NCBI GenBank assembly: GCA_021818335.1 | Contig: JAKAEJ010000003.1 | Location: 23,331 to 87,330 of the forward strand | Length of the DNA: 64,000 nt | Direction: 5' to 3' | Origin: Pseudomonadota bacterium | Lineage (GTDB): Bacteria > Pseudomonadota > Gammaproteobacteria > Xanthomonadales > Rhodanobacteraceae | In this document: one piece after another, positions 13,401 through 23,206 of the stretch | How the letters are laid out: the number at the start of each line of letters is the position of its first letter | How positions within the stretch are numbered: the stretch's first letter is position 1 | Program-made: the position numbers and the translations under genes | Notes under the pieces: generated by a model | Databases searched by the model: none | What the model was told of the DNA's origin: nothing | The model's input: only the letters and a program-made list of their open reading frames with translations

Positions 13401-14063
13401 ATGGCGTCGAGTAACCTTCAAATCGGGGCAACCCGCTTCAACTGGAAGCGCACATGGGCGCTCTTCGGGGCGATCACCATCCATGTGGCGGCGATCCTCA
13501 TGATGCTCTCGCCGGCTGCACCGCCGCAGGCGAAGGAAAAGCCCAAGGAAAAGATCGTGCAGGTGGAGTTCATCAAGCCGCCGCCGCCGCCGCCGCCACC
13601 GCCACCGCCACCGCCTGTTCCTCCCAAGGTGCCGCCGCCGAAGATCGTGCAGATCCGCACGCCACCTCCGGTACCGCCGCCGCCAGCGCCGCCGCCGCCC
13701 GTTGCCGAGCAATCGGCGATGTCCACGGCCGCGACGCCAACGCCGCCAGCGCCGCCGCCGCCGCCCGCCGATATCGCGCCGAGCCAGGACATCTCGTACA
13801 ACCAGAACCGGCCACCGCGCTATCCCATCGAGGCTGCGCGTCGGCATCAGGAAGGAACCGTCATCCTTCTGGTGCTGGTCGGTCCGGATGGGTCAGTGCA
13901 AAATGTGAAAATTGACCGATCCAGCGGCTATCGCGACCTCGACCGTGCTGCCATCGAAGCGGTCCGCCATTGGAAGTTCAACCCCGGCCTGACCAACGGC
14001 AAGCCTTCGGGTGGCTGGGTGAAAGTCCCAATGCAGTTCCATCTAAGCGATTCCGGTTTCTAA
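13401..14063 (+). CDS. tonB: Energy transducer TonB
   Basis: N-terminal TM with a His residue, proline-rich linker (13 consecutive Pro, 13578-13616), C-terminal PRYP..A.R..EGTV and SSGYRDLDRAA. Confidence 0.93.
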   Translation: MASSNLQIGATRFNWKRTWALFGAITIHVAAILMMLSPAAPPQAKEKPKEKIVQVEFIKPPPPPPPPPPPPPVPPKVPPPKIVQIRTPPPVPPPPAPPPPVAEQSAMSTAATPTPPAPPPPPADIAPSQDISYNQNRPPRYPIEAARRHQEGTVILLVLVGPDGSVQNVKIDRSSGYRDLDRAAIEAVRHWKFNPGLTNGKPSGGWVKVPMQFHLSDSGF

Positions 14064-14098
14064 CCGAACCTGTCCACGTCTGCACAAAGGGTAGTGTC

Positions 14099-14911
14099 AT
14101 GCTGCAACAAGCCTCCTCCTCCTCGTCGGCCGCCCAGGCCGCAGCCGTTCCATCCACCGGCGCGCCGCTGCCGACGCTTGGCGGAAACGCCAATGCGCAT
14201 GCGCTTCAGCAGGCCGGTTTCAACCAGCTGATCCACAATTTCGACTGGCTCGGTTGGCTCGTGTTCGTCGTGCTTGTGGTGATGTCGTTGCTGTCCTGGT
14301 TCTACATCATCTACAACCTGATCCGTAACAGTCAGGTCCGTGCCCGCATGAACAAAGTGATCGAGGCGTTCTGGCACACGCCCTCGCCGCAGGACGCGAT
14401 CCGCGCCATGGAAGCCCAGCCGGCCTCCGAACCGTTCTCGAAGATTGCGCTGGATGCGGCCCAGGCGGCTGCCCATCACCAGAAGGCCGAGGGCGGCGCG
14501 ATCGCCCAGACGCTGAGCCGGTCCGAATTCGTGGATCGTGCGTTGCGCCAGGCCGTGGCCCGCGAAAGCATGCGGATGGAGACGGGACTGACCCTGCTTG
14601 CCACCGTAGGCTCGGCGGCTCCCTTCGTCGGCTTGCTGGGAACCGTGTGGGGCATCTACCACGCGCTGATTCGCATCGGTGCGTCCGGCCAGGCCGACAT
14701 TGGCGCCGTGGCGGGTCCGGTCGGTGAGGCACTGATCATGACGGCGATTGGTCTGGGAACGGCCATTCCCGCGGTGTTCGCGTACAACTTCTTTGTGCGC
14801 ATGAACCGCGTCACCTATGCCAAGTTCGATGAATTTGCGCATGACCTGCATGATTTCTTTGCAACCGGTGCGCGCGTGGGCGTGATGCCGCAGGCGCCGG
14901 CAAAGAAGTAA
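14099..14911 (+). CDS. exbB: MotA/TolQ/ExbB proton channel protein
   Basis: LATVGSAAPFVGLLGTVWGI and VGEALIMTAIGLGTAIPAVFAYN. Confidence 0.93.
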   Translation: MLQQASSSSSAAQAAAVPSTGAPLPTLGGNANAHALQQAGFNQLIHNFDWLGWLVFVVLVVMSLLSWFYIIYNLIRNSQVRARMNKVIEAFWHTPSPQDAIRAMEAQPASEPFSKIALDAAQAAAHHQKAEGGAIAQTLSRSEFVDRALRQAVARESMRMETGLTLLATVGSAAPFVGLLGTVWGIYHALIRIGASGQADIGAVAGPVGEALIMTAIGLGTAIPAVFAYNFFVRMNRVTYAKFDEFAHDLHDFFATGARVGVMPQAPAKK

Positions 14912-14939
14912 CGGGCGCGCAGACGCGGAGAACAGCCGA

Positions 14940-15359
14940 ATGGCCATGAGCAGCGGTGCGGGCGCCAACAGCGGCGCCCCGATGTCCGAAATCAACGTCA
15001 CCCCGTTGGTCGACGTGATGCTGGTCCTCCTGATCATCTTCATGATCACGGCGCCACTGGCAGCACACAAGATCAAGGTCGAACTGCCAACCGCCAACCC
15101 CACGGTGCAGCCCAAGCAGCAGGGCGGCTCGGTGGACCTTGCGGTTAAAAACGACGGTTCGCTCTTCTGGAATGACACGCCGGTGACCGAGGCGGAAATG
15201 AAGGCGCGCTTCGCGGTTGAAGCATCGAAGAACCCGCAGCCCGAGATTCACCTGCGTGCAGACCGCTCCATCCGCTTCAAGGAAGTCTCGCGCATTCTCT
15301 CGGCGGCCAAGCAGTCCGGCATCATCAAGATCGGTTTCGTAACCACTGGCAAGAACTAA
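14940..15359 (+). CDS. exbD: Biopolymer transport protein ExbD (copy 1)
   Basis: EINVTPLVDVMLVLLIIFMITAP, HLRADR. Confidence 0.93.
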   Translation: MAMSSGAGANSGAPMSEINVTPLVDVMLVLLIIFMITAPLAAHKIKVELPTANPTVQPKQQGGSVDLAVKNDGSLFWNDTPVTEAEMKARFAVEASKNPQPEIHLRADRSIRFKEVSRILSAAKQSGIIKIGFVTTGKN

Positions 15360-15407
15360 CGCCCGCACGGGCGGCTGGGTTCGACCGTCAGCGAGAGGTA
15401 GCAGGCA

Positions 15408-15833
15408 ATGGCTTTCAGTAGCAACAGTGGTAGCAGCGGCAGCAGCCCGATGGCGGAGATCAACGTCACCCCGTTGGTCGACGTGATGCTGGTGCTGCTG
15501 ATCATTTTCATGATTACCGCTCCGATGCTGACCCATCGGATCCGCATCGATTTGCCGCAGCCGAACCGAAATGTCCAGCCGCCGCTGAATCCTCCTGAGC
15601 CCATCAAGCTCCGGATTGGCGCCGATGGCAGCATTACCTGGAACAGTCTGCCCGTGACCGAGGCAGAACTCAAAGCGCAGCTGGCGGTCACGGCGGTCAA
15701 GAAGCCGCAACCCGAGCTGCAGATCAATGCGTCGCCCAACGTCGAGTACCAGAATGTGGCAACGGTGCTTGCGGACGCCAAAAGTGCAGGTCTCGAGAAG
15801 ATCGGCTTCGAGAACACCGACCAAGGCGATTGA
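15408..15833 (+). CDS. exbD: Biopolymer transport protein ExbD (copy 2)
   Basis: EINVTPLVDVMLVLLIIFMITAP, GLEKIGF. Confidence 0.93.
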   Translation: MAFSSNSGSSGSSPMAEINVTPLVDVMLVLLIIFMITAPMLTHRIRIDLPQPNRNVQPPLNPPEPIKLRIGADGSITWNSLPVTEAELKAQLAVTAVKKPQPELQINASPNVEYQNVATVLADAKSAGLEKIGFENTDQGD

Positions 15834-15922
15834 CGGCGGGTTGGTGACGGCGTCGCGGCCGGTGGGGTGGGGCTACTCCGTCGCGGCGCCCGCCGATCCG
15901 ATGCACGGCGGACAAAAAGAGC

Positions 15923-16672
15923 CTAGCGATCGCGCAAGAGCGCCTGATAGGCGTTCACCGTTGGAGCCAACCCCGCATACAGGGCGTCGGCGACCAGGGC
16001 ATGGCCGATCGACACCTCGGCAAGACCGGGAATGGCAGCAAGCAAATCCGGCAGATTGCCTTGATCCAGATCGTGGCCCGCATTCACGGCTAAACCGGCA
16101 TGCTCGGCCCCGCGTGCACTCTTGACGCATTCTTCGAGCGCCGCCTGCCATGTACCGCTGGCGTGTGCCGCGGCATAGGGCCCCGTGTAGATCTCGATGC
16201 GCGCGACCCCAATCTCCGCCAGCGACTGGAATTGATCCGCCCCGGCGTCCACGAAGACTGAAACCCGGCCGGCGTACAGCAGCAGATCTCGAACGACCGG
16301 CCGCAGCACCCCCATATCCCGAGGAAAGACAAACCCGTGGTCGGATGTCAGTTGCCCGTCGGCGTCCGGAACCAGTGTCACTTGATCCGGACGGGTCGCC
16401 CGTACGAGCTCGATGAGACCCGGATAGGCTCCACGCGCAGGGGCGAACGGATTGCCTTCGACGTTGAATTCGACCCGTCCGCGGCATAACGCAGCGATTT
16501 CCCGTACATCCGAGGGGCGAATATGGCGGAGGTCAGGGCGAGGATGAACAGTGATGCCGTCGGCACCTGCCTCGATGCAGGTCCGCGCAGCACGAAGTAC
16601 CGAGGGTTCCGTTCCGCCCCGCGAATTGCGAAGAACGGCGATCTTGTTGACGTTGACGCTCAGCTTGGTCAT
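15923..16672 (-). CDS. pdxJ: Pyridoxine 5'-phosphate synthase
   Basis: [57 protein letters not shown]. Confidence 0.97.
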   Translation of the reverse strand: MTKLSVNVNKIAVLRNSRGGTEPSVLRAARTCIEAGADGITVHPRPDLRHIRPSDVREIAALCRGRVEFNVEGNPFAPARGAYPGLIELVRATRPDQVTLVPDADGQLTSDHGFVFPRDMGVLRPVVRDLLLYAGRVSVFVDAGADQFQSLAEIGVARIEIYTGPYAAAHASGTWQAALEECVKSARGAEHAGLAVNAGHDLDQGNLPDLLAAIPGLAEVSIGHALVADALYAGLAPTVNAYQALLRDR

Positions 16673-16778
16673 GGCAGGATCTTGGGGGCAAACGAGCCGC
16701 GAATCGGGGCAGCAAGACGCAGCGCGGCCGAGGCCTGAAGCGTAGACAAACACGCGCAGCGCCACAAGGAAGCCGGGC

Positions 16779-16805
16779 AAAAAAAAGCGCGCCGGAGCGC
16801 GCTTT
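16779..16805 (-). terminator. Rho-independent terminator
   Basis: Minus strand AAAGCGCGC-TCCG-GCGCGC-TTTTTTTT. Confidence 0.9.
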
Positions 16806-16857
16806 GAATCCGTGTCACACCGGGAATCACAAACGGCATAGTCACGGCAGGAGATGC
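16779..16857 (-). ncRNA. Candidate sigmaE-dependent small RNA (~80 nt)
   Basis: Bounded by a consensus sigmaE promoter (16864-16891) and an intrinsic terminator (16779-16805). No credible ORF inside. Confidence 0.6.
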
Positions 16858-16863
16858 GTAAGG

Positions 16864-16891
16864 TTCGACGCTACTCCATGCAAAAAGTTCC
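16864..16891 (-). promoter_or_regulatory. sigmaE (RpoE/AlgU-type) promoter
   Basis: Minus strand GGAACTT-N16-TCGAA, equivalent to GGAACT-N16-GTCGAA. Confidence 0.75.
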
Positions 16892-16913
16892 AGTCGACCC
16901 TGGACCCGGCGCG

Positions 16914-17522
16914 CTATCGCGTCCATGCGAGACCGTTGTCGCAAAACACGATCGGGCGCGGATCTCCAACGTAAGCGAGGTGACCGATCCAGGGGTGCGG
17001 CAAAGGCAGGGCCCGCAAGCGCCAAGCGGCCGCTGGGGCACCCACGTCTTCAAACCCCGCTGGCCGCCAGCCACCCTCCTCCCAGTGCATCGAAACCCGC
17101 CGGAGCCCGTGGGCGAGGCCAAGGCCGGACGCCTTGAGGACGGCTTCCTTCGCCGTCCAGAGTTGATAAAACGCGACGACCCGTTCACTCGCATCAAGCC
17201 CCGCGAGCGTGGCAGCCTCCCCGCCCGTGAAGTACCGGCTTGCCAGGGCGAGCAGGTGGGAGCGCGGTCGTGGCCACTCCAAATCCACCCCCACGGGGCA
17301 GCCTTCCAGAACGGCCAAAAGCGCATGGCCATGGCTATGACTGAGGCTGAAGTGCCAGTCGCGGCCCCCTTCGACCAACTGCGGCTTGCCGCGCGGATCG
17401 CGCGCAATCCGAAGCCGAGAGTCGTCGATGCCCAAGGTCGAAGCCAACGTCATTCGCACCCATGCCCAGCCCTCGTCGCGACTCGACCACTGCGCCATCC
17501 AGAGACGAACGGGACCCTCCAC
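16914..17522 (-). CDS. Sfp/HetI-type 4'-phosphopantetheinyl transferase
   Basis: GKP, FSLSHS, VGVDLE, FYQLWTAKEAVLKASGLGL. Confidence 0.92.
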   Translation of the reverse strand: MEGPVRLWMAQWSSRDEGWAWVRMTLASTLGIDDSRLRIARDPRGKPQLVEGGRDWHFSLSHSHGHALLAVLEGCPVGVDLEWPRPRSHLLALASRYFTGGEAATLAGLDASERVVAFYQLWTAKEAVLKASGLGLAHGLRRVSMHWEEGGWRPAGFEDVGAPAAAWRLRALPLPHPWIGHLAYVGDPRPIVFCDNGLAWTR

Positions 17523-17533
17523 CGCGACGACAC

Positions 17534-19486
17534 TCAGCGGATCAGCCGAGACTCGACCAGGCCCGCCACGACATCGGGATCGGCAAGTGTGGATGTATCA
17601 CCCATCTGCTCAGGCGCGTTCTCCGCAATCTTCCGCAGGATGCGGCGCATGATCTTGCCTGACCGTGTCTTCGGAAGCGCCGCTGCCCACTGGATATAGT
17701 CTGGCGTTGCAATGGGACCGATCTCGTTGCGCACCCAATCGACGAGCTCCTTCGATAATGCCGGACTCGGCTTCGCGTCTGCGACAAGAGTCACGTACGC
17801 GTAGATTCCCTGACCCTTGATGTCGTGCGCGCAGCCAACCACCGCTGCCTCCGCCACTTTGGGATGTGCAACGAGCGCACTCTCGATCTCGGCCGTTCCG
17901 AGGCGATGTCCGGACACATTCAAGACGTCATCGACTCGGCCAGTGATCCAGTAATCACCATCGGCGTCTCTGCGCGCGCCATCGCCTGTGAAGTACATCC
18001 CCGGATACGTCGAGAAGTATGTCTCGACGAAGCGGTCGTGATCGCCCCACACCGTTCGCATCTGCCCGGGCCAGGAATCGAGGAGAACCAAGTTGCCCTC
18101 GCAGGCGCCTTCGAGCAGTTGGCCGGACGAATCGACAATCGCGGCCCTAACACCAAAAAAAGGCTTGCTGGCGGAACCGGGCTTCAGTCGCATCGCACCG
18201 GGCAGCGGAGAAATGAGGATCCCGCCTGTCTCGGTCTGCCACCACGTATCCACGATTGGGCAGCGCCCACCGCCGACGACATCGTGGTACCAAACCCAGG
18301 CTTCCGGATTGATCGGTTCGCCGACGCTGCCGAGCAGGCGCAGGGACGCCCGGGAAGTTGCAAGCACGGGTGCATCGCCCTCCCGCATTAATGCCCGAAT
18401 GGCCGTGGGTGCGGTGTAGAAAAGCGTCACCCGATGCTTGTCGATGACCTGCCAGAACCGTCGGGCATCGGGCCACGTTGGAACACCCTCGAACATCAGC
18501 GTTGTCGCACCGTTTGCAAGCGGCCCATAGACGATATAGCTGTGGCCCGTAACCCAGCCTACGTCGGCCGTGCACCAGTAGATGTCATCCTCGCGGAGGT
18601 CAAACACGCACTCGTGCGTGTAGCTGGCGAACACCAGATACCCGCCACTCGTGTGCAGGACCCCCTTCGGCTTCCCCGTGGATCCCGACGTATAAAGGAT
18701 GAACAACGGGTCTTCAGCCGACATTGCCACGGGTGAAAACTCGGCAGGTTGACCAGCGCAGACAACGTCCCAGAAGCGATCACGCGGCGAGCGCATGGCA
18801 ATGGCAGAGCCGGTACGTCGAACGACCAAAACCGTTTCAACGCAGCTGGTCCCCGGACGTTGCAACGCTGCGTCCACGTTAGCCTTGAGATGAATTCGTC
18901 GACCGCCGCGAATACCTTCATCGGCGGTGATCACCATCTTGCACTGCGCATCGGCAATGCGGTTGGCCAACGAGTCAGGGGAGAATCCACCGAAGACGAC
19001 CGAATGAATGGCACCGATTCGCGCGCAGGCCAGCATGGCCACGGCGGCTTCGGGGATCATCGGCAGGTAAATCGCCACGCGATCCCCTTTTCCAACGCCA
19101 AGGTTTGTCAGCGCGTGAGCGGCTTGACACACCTGCGCGTGCAGCTCCCGGTAGCTGATGTGACGGGACTCCTCTGGGTCATCGCCTTCGAAAATGATTG
19201 CCGTCTTGTCCCCGCGCGAAGCGAGGTGCCTGTCCAGACAGTTCGCGGCCACATTGAGTGCACCGTCCTCGTACCAGCGAATGCGGAAATCCCCGCGCGC
19301 AAAACTCGTGTCTTTGATGCGGGTTGGAAACCGGATCCATTCCAGCCGCCTCGCGACGGTGCGCCAGAAATCCACGGGATCGGCAAGGGACTGCGCATAG
19401 AGTCGGGAATACTCGTCAGCCTTGATTCGGGCGCGAACAGCAAAAGCCGGGTCGATCTCTCTCGGTGGGAGGTGCAAGTGGTCCAT
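17534..19486 (-). CDS. acs: Acetyl-CoA synthetase
   Basis: [67 protein letters not shown] before ATG 19486. Confidence 0.97.
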   Translation of the reverse strand: MDHLHLPPREIDPAFAVRARIKADEYSRLYAQSLADPVDFWRTVARRLEWIRFPTRIKDTSFARGDFRIRWYEDGALNVAANCLDRHLASRGDKTAIIFEGDDPEESRHISYRELHAQVCQAAHALTNLGVGKGDRVAIYLPMIPEAAVAMLACARIGAIHSVVFGGFSPDSLANRIADAQCKMVITADEGIRGGRRIHLKANVDAALQRPGTSCVETVLVVRRTGSAIAMRSPRDRFWDVVCAGQPAEFSPVAMSAEDPLFILYTSGSTGKPKGVLHTSGGYLVFASYTHECVFDLREDDIYWCTADVGWVTGHSYIVYGPLANGATTLMFEGVPTWPDARRFWQVIDKHRVTLFYTAPTAIRALMREGDAPVLATSRASLRLLGSVGEPINPEAWVWYHDVVGGGRCPIVDTWWQTETGGILISPLPGAMRLKPGSASKPFFGVRAAIVDSSGQLLEGACEGNLVLLDSWPGQMRTVWGDHDRFVETYFSTYPGMYFTGDGARRDADGDYWITGRVDDVLNVSGHRLGTAEIESALVAHPKVAEAAVVGCAHDIKGQGIYAYVTLVADAKPSPALSKELVDWVRNEIGPIATPDYIQWAAALPKTRSGKIMRRILRKIAENAPEQMGDTSTLADPDVVAGLVESRLIR

Positions 19487-19776
19487 GTCAACTCCATCAG
19501 TGCGCTTCGACAAAGATTGGAAATGCCGTTGCAACAACCTCTTGACGCTGTGCAACGCCACCCAGGAAAAGACCGTGTCCATTGCTCCGGACCAGGGAGG
19601 GCGGGCAAGAAACGGCATTTGCCCGGCCTTCATGGCCAGCGCGCGTAGTCCCCATCCGCAGGCACGACAAGCATGATGCTGGGAACCGGTCGCCACGGGC
19701 ATCAATTTAATGCAGCAATGCACGACCGAGGCACGCTGCGCTGCGGCTATGATTACCGCTTTCCTGCAGATCACTC

Positions 19777-20214
19777 ATGACTACCATAATCCGAAAACTC
19801 ATCGGCGTTGTTCAGGTGGCGGGCGGTTTTTGGGGATTGTTTGAATTGCTTGGCAGGGCCGTGCAGGTGCGCCAGCCCGTCTGGCTGGTGCTGCTATTGG
19901 CCGGATCCGCGCTCTTTTTCATGACGTTGCAGGCGGGTATCTGGCTGATCCTTGGGGATGAGCGCGGTGTCCGCTGGTCCCGGTGGCTGCAATTGATGCA
20001 GATACCCATCCTCGGTACGCCATGGCTGAGCTATGGCTGGCATGCTGGCGCCGTAGCCGCCGTGGGCTTTGCGCCGGATGGCCATTGGAGCTTCGGCTAT
20101 CGCGTCCCGGACACGACCTGGCAGCTTTACGTTGGTGGTCCATCGCATTGGTTTGTAGGACTGGACATCCTTGCGATCGTTTTCTTCCTGCTTCTCCAAA
20201 TCACCCGGCGATGA
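19777..20214 (+). CDS. Hypothetical membrane protein
   Basis: Several hydrophobic segments. Stop overlaps the next ATG (ATGA). Confidence 0.7.
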   Translation: MTTIIRKLIGVVQVAGGFWGLFELLGRAVQVRQPVWLVLLLAGSALFFMTLQAGIWLILGDERGVRWSRWLQLMQIPILGTPWLSYGWHAGAVAAVGFAPDGHWSFGYRVPDTTWQLYVGGPSHWFVGLDILAIVFFLLLQITRR

Positions 20215-21368
20215 GCACCCCCGGCTACCCGCGTGTCCACTTGGTTCCGCCTCGACTGCCGCAGCACCCTGCGATCTTCCGGCGCTCGTTGCGTAGCGAT
20301 CGGCCACTCCCACCGGGAACCGTAGCCGATTTGGTCGACGCCCAAGGTCAATTCCTCGCGCGAGGATTTTGGAACGGGCACGCTCGGATCGGCTTCCGAG
20401 TGCTGACCCGAGATGTGGGTGAGGAAATTGATGCAGCGTGGCTAAGCAGGCAGATTGAGACGGCCTGCGAACATCGTGCCCGCCTCGGGCTCGACGCCAA
20501 CGACGCCGCCGTACGCCTCGTACACGCTGAAGGGGACGGCCTCCCGGGCCTCGTCGTCGATCGATATGCCGATCTTCTGGTGATCGAGTACTTTGCCGCC
20601 GGCATGTGGAAGCAGCGTTCGGCCATTGAAGCCGCGTTGCTGCACCGGTATCCGCAAGCATCCGTCTACGGCTTTGCCGAGACGCACGTGCAAAAGCAGG
20701 AAAGCTTCGACTGCGTTCCATCAGCGGTGCCGGCGCCACGTCGCGTCATCGAACAGGGAATCACCTACAACGTGCAGCCGGGGACCCGGCACAAGACCGG
20801 GTTTTTCGTTGATCAGCGAAACAATCGTGCGTTGCTCGGCATGTGGGCACGCGGTCGCATGCTGGATGTCTGCTGCAACACAGGGGGCTTCGCACTGGCG
20901 GCCGCGCGCGCCGGATGCGAAGTCACAGGCATCGACAATGATGCCGGTGTCCTCGATCTGGCTCGGGCGAATGCCGCCGCGAACGCACTGGACGCGACCT
21001 TCGTTGCGGCGGATCTCTTCGCCTATCTCGAGCAGGCGCTTGCACAAGGACGCCAGTGGGACACGCTGGTCCTTGATCCGGCCAAATTGACGCGTGATCC
21101 CGCCAAGATTCCACAAGCACTGCGAACCTACGTCGCGATGAACGCGCTGGCGATGCGCGCGCTGACTCGTGGAGGCTTGCTATTGAGTTGTTCGTGCACC
21201 GGCCTCGTTGACGAGCCGGCATTTCTCGAGGCGCTGCGTCGGGCCGCAGCTCTTGCGGGGCGAATCCTGCAGGTAACCCATGTGGGTGGAGCGGGCCCCG
21301 ACCACCCCTGGCGTATTGATGCACCCGAGAGCCGCTATCTGAAGGCGGTGTTTGCCCGGGTCCTTTAG
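20211..21368 (+). CDS. RlmI/RlmK-family class I SAM-dependent rRNA methyltransferase
   Basis: HPAIF PUA-like N-terminus, HAEGDGLPGLVVDRY, HKTGFFVDQR, LDVCCNTGGF, VLDP, SCSC, PESRYLK. Confidence 0.9.
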   Translation: MSTPGYPRVHLVPPRLPQHPAIFRRSLRSDRPLPPGTVADLVDAQGQFLARGFWNGHARIGFRVLTRDVGEEIDAAWLSRQIETACEHRARLGLDANDAAVRLVHAEGDGLPGLVVDRYADLLVIEYFAAGMWKQRSAIEAALLHRYPQASVYGFAETHVQKQESFDCVPSAVPAPRRVIEQGITYNVQPGTRHKTGFFVDQRNNRALLGMWARGRMLDVCCNTGGFALAAARAGCEVTGIDNDAGVLDLARANAAANALDATFVAADLFAYLEQALAQGRQWDTLVLDPAKLTRDPAKIPQALRTYVAMNALAMRALTRGGLLLSCSCTGLVDEPAFLEALRRAAALAGRILQVTHVGGAGPDHPWRIDAPESRYLKAVFARVL

Positions 21369-21461
21369 CGCGGCATTGCGCAGGCGGCATGCGCATCATT
21401 GCGTTCGCAACGACTCGCGGCATTGCGCATAATCGACGGAACCGCGCTGACCGAAGTCTCG

Positions 21462-22259
21462 ATGATGGTTCACTTGACATTGCTCCAGCAGGTGCTGGCC
21501 GTAGGCTCGGGCATGGTCGTCGGCTTCTCGCTGGGCCTGATTGGTGGCGGAGGCTCCATCCTGGCGGTTCCGCTATTGCTGTACGTCGTGGGCTATGCCA
21601 ATCCGCATGTGGTCATTGGCACCACCGCCCTGGCCGTCTCCATGAGCGCCTATCTCAACCTGGTTCCACACGCGCGAGCGGGCAATGTGCGATGGCGCCC
21701 GGGCGTCCTGTTTGCCATCGCCGGCGCCATCGCAGCCTTGGCAGGATCGCAGCTTGGCAAGGCAATGGACGGGCACAAGCTGCTCTTCCTCTTTGCAATT
21801 CTCATGTTGGTCGTCGCCTATCTCATGACGCGACCGCGAGCCGAATACGAAGGCGGCAGCCGCCATGCATCGTCTGTGCGCGAAGCACTCTGGCTCGTAG
21901 GCGTTGGTGGTGCCGCGGGGTTGCTTTCCGGTTTCTTTGGCATCGGCGGCGGATTCCTGATCGTGCCGGGTTTGATGCTCGCGACGGGCATGCCTATCCT
22001 CTCGGCGATCGGCACGTCGCTTTTCTCGGTGGGCACATTCGGCTTGACCACCGCGCTCAGCTACGCGTGGTCGGGGCTGCTGGATTGGCGAGTCGCCCTT
22101 TTGTACATCGTGGGTGGGATCGTCGGTGGCTGGCTGGGTGCGCGCCTGGCGACGCGGATCAGCCGAAACAAGAAGGCGCTCAACTGGGTTTTCGCCGCGA
22201 TCGTGGCATTGACGGCCGTCTACATGCTTTACCGAAACCTGTCGGCCTTTCAATTGTGA
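21462..22259 (+). CDS. Sulfite exporter TauE/SafE (TSUP) family protein
   Basis: Duplicated GLIGGGGSILAVP and GFFGIGGGFLIVP motifs, AIGTSL. Confidence 0.9.
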   Translation: MMVHLTLLQQVLAVGSGMVVGFSLGLIGGGGSILAVPLLLYVVGYANPHVVIGTTALAVSMSAYLNLVPHARAGNVRWRPGVLFAIAGAIAALAGSQLGKAMDGHKLLFLFAILMLVVAYLMTRPRAEYEGGSRHASSVREALWLVGVGGAAGLLSGFFGIGGGFLIVPGLMLATGMPILSAIGTSLFSVGTFGLTTALSYAWSGLLDWRVALLYIVGGIVGGWLGARLATRISRNKKALNWVFAAIVALTAVYMLYRNLSAFQL

Positions 22260-22285
22260 GCGACGCCGGCCCAGGCTCCTCGCAG

Positions 22286-23140
22286 ATGTCGGGTTCAGCA
22301 TGGGCCATTCTGGTCGCGCTGAGTCTCATTTGGAGCTACAACTGGATCGTGATGAAGCAGGCCCTGGCCTACGCAGGGCCCTTTACCTTCTCGGCATTGC
22401 GATATGCGGGAGGGACAGCGGTCCTCTTCTGCGTGTTGTGGGCACGAGGGGCCAGGCTGACGCCGCCGCCCTTCTGGCCGACCCTGGGCATCGGCTTGAC
22501 GCAAACGGCCGGCTTCCAGGCCCTGGTCCAGTGGGCCCTGGAGTATGGCGGTGCAGGCAAAACCGCACTGCTGGCCTACACGATGCCATTTTGGGCCATT
22601 GCATTGGCCTGGCCGCTGTTGCACACGCGACCCGACCGGAGCCAGTGGCGCGCGATCGGACTCGCTGCCGCAGGTCTGTTTCTGGTGGTCGCCCCATGGC
22701 AGGCGATCGGATCCATGGCGAGCGTGCTGCTGGCTTTGGCGGGCGGCTTCAGCTGGGGTGCTGGCACGGTCCTCGCCAAGCGTCTATTCCTGCGGCATCC
22801 AGATGCCTCGTTGCTCGGCGTCAGCGCCTGGCAAATGCTCTACGGCACCGTTGCGCTGGTGCTTCTCGCGTGTCTTATACCCCAGCCACCCGTGAGCTGG
22901 ACGCCCCCGCTAATCGGCGCACTCGCCTACAACGTCCTGCTCGCGTCCGGATTGGGATGGTCACTTTGGCTGCTCCTGGTGCAGCGGCTGCCGGCGCATA
23001 TCGCCAGTCTTACGAGCCTCGCAACGCCACTCCTGGGGGTATTCCTCGCGTGGCTCATCCTGCAAGAGCGGCCCGGGCGGTGGGAATTCGCCGGCATGGC
23101 CCTGATCGTTGCAGCCTTGCTGGAATTGCGCCGCCGATGA
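22286..23140 (+). CDS. DMT/EamA family transporter
   Basis: WSYNWIVMK..L...GPFTFSALR, GAGKTALLAYTMPFW, about 10 TM segments. Real start at MSGSAW inside ORF 21389. Confidence 0.9.
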   Translation: MSGSAWAILVALSLIWSYNWIVMKQALAYAGPFTFSALRYAGGTAVLFCVLWARGARLTPPPFWPTLGIGLTQTAGFQALVQWALEYGGAGKTALLAYTMPFWAIALAWPLLHTRPDRSQWRAIGLAAAGLFLVVAPWQAIGSMASVLLALAGGFSWGAGTVLAKRLFLRHPDASLLGVSAWQMLYGTVALVLLACLIPQPPVSWTPPLIGALAYNVLLASGLGWSLWLLLVQRLPAHIASLTSLATPLLGVFLAWLILQERPGRWEFAGMALIVAALLELRRR

Positions 23141-23206
23141 GCCGGGGCGCCCCAAGCCACTGCTCGCATCGCCCCGCGGCTTTGCGTCCGCGCTGGTAAA
23201 CCGCAC

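Noticed and set aside
13578-13770. (CCG/CCA)n tandem repeats
   Set aside because: They encode the TonB polyproline linker and are not a CRISPR array or an independent repeat element.
14991-15493. 35-nt identical direct repeat at 14991-15025 and 15459-15493
   Set aside because: It is the conserved TM motif of the two exbD paralogs, a normal arrangement in Xanthomonadales.
21389-23140. 583-aa ORF suggesting a fusion protein
   Set aside because: The N-terminal half is an off-frame read of the tauE gene. The real EamA protein starts at 22286.
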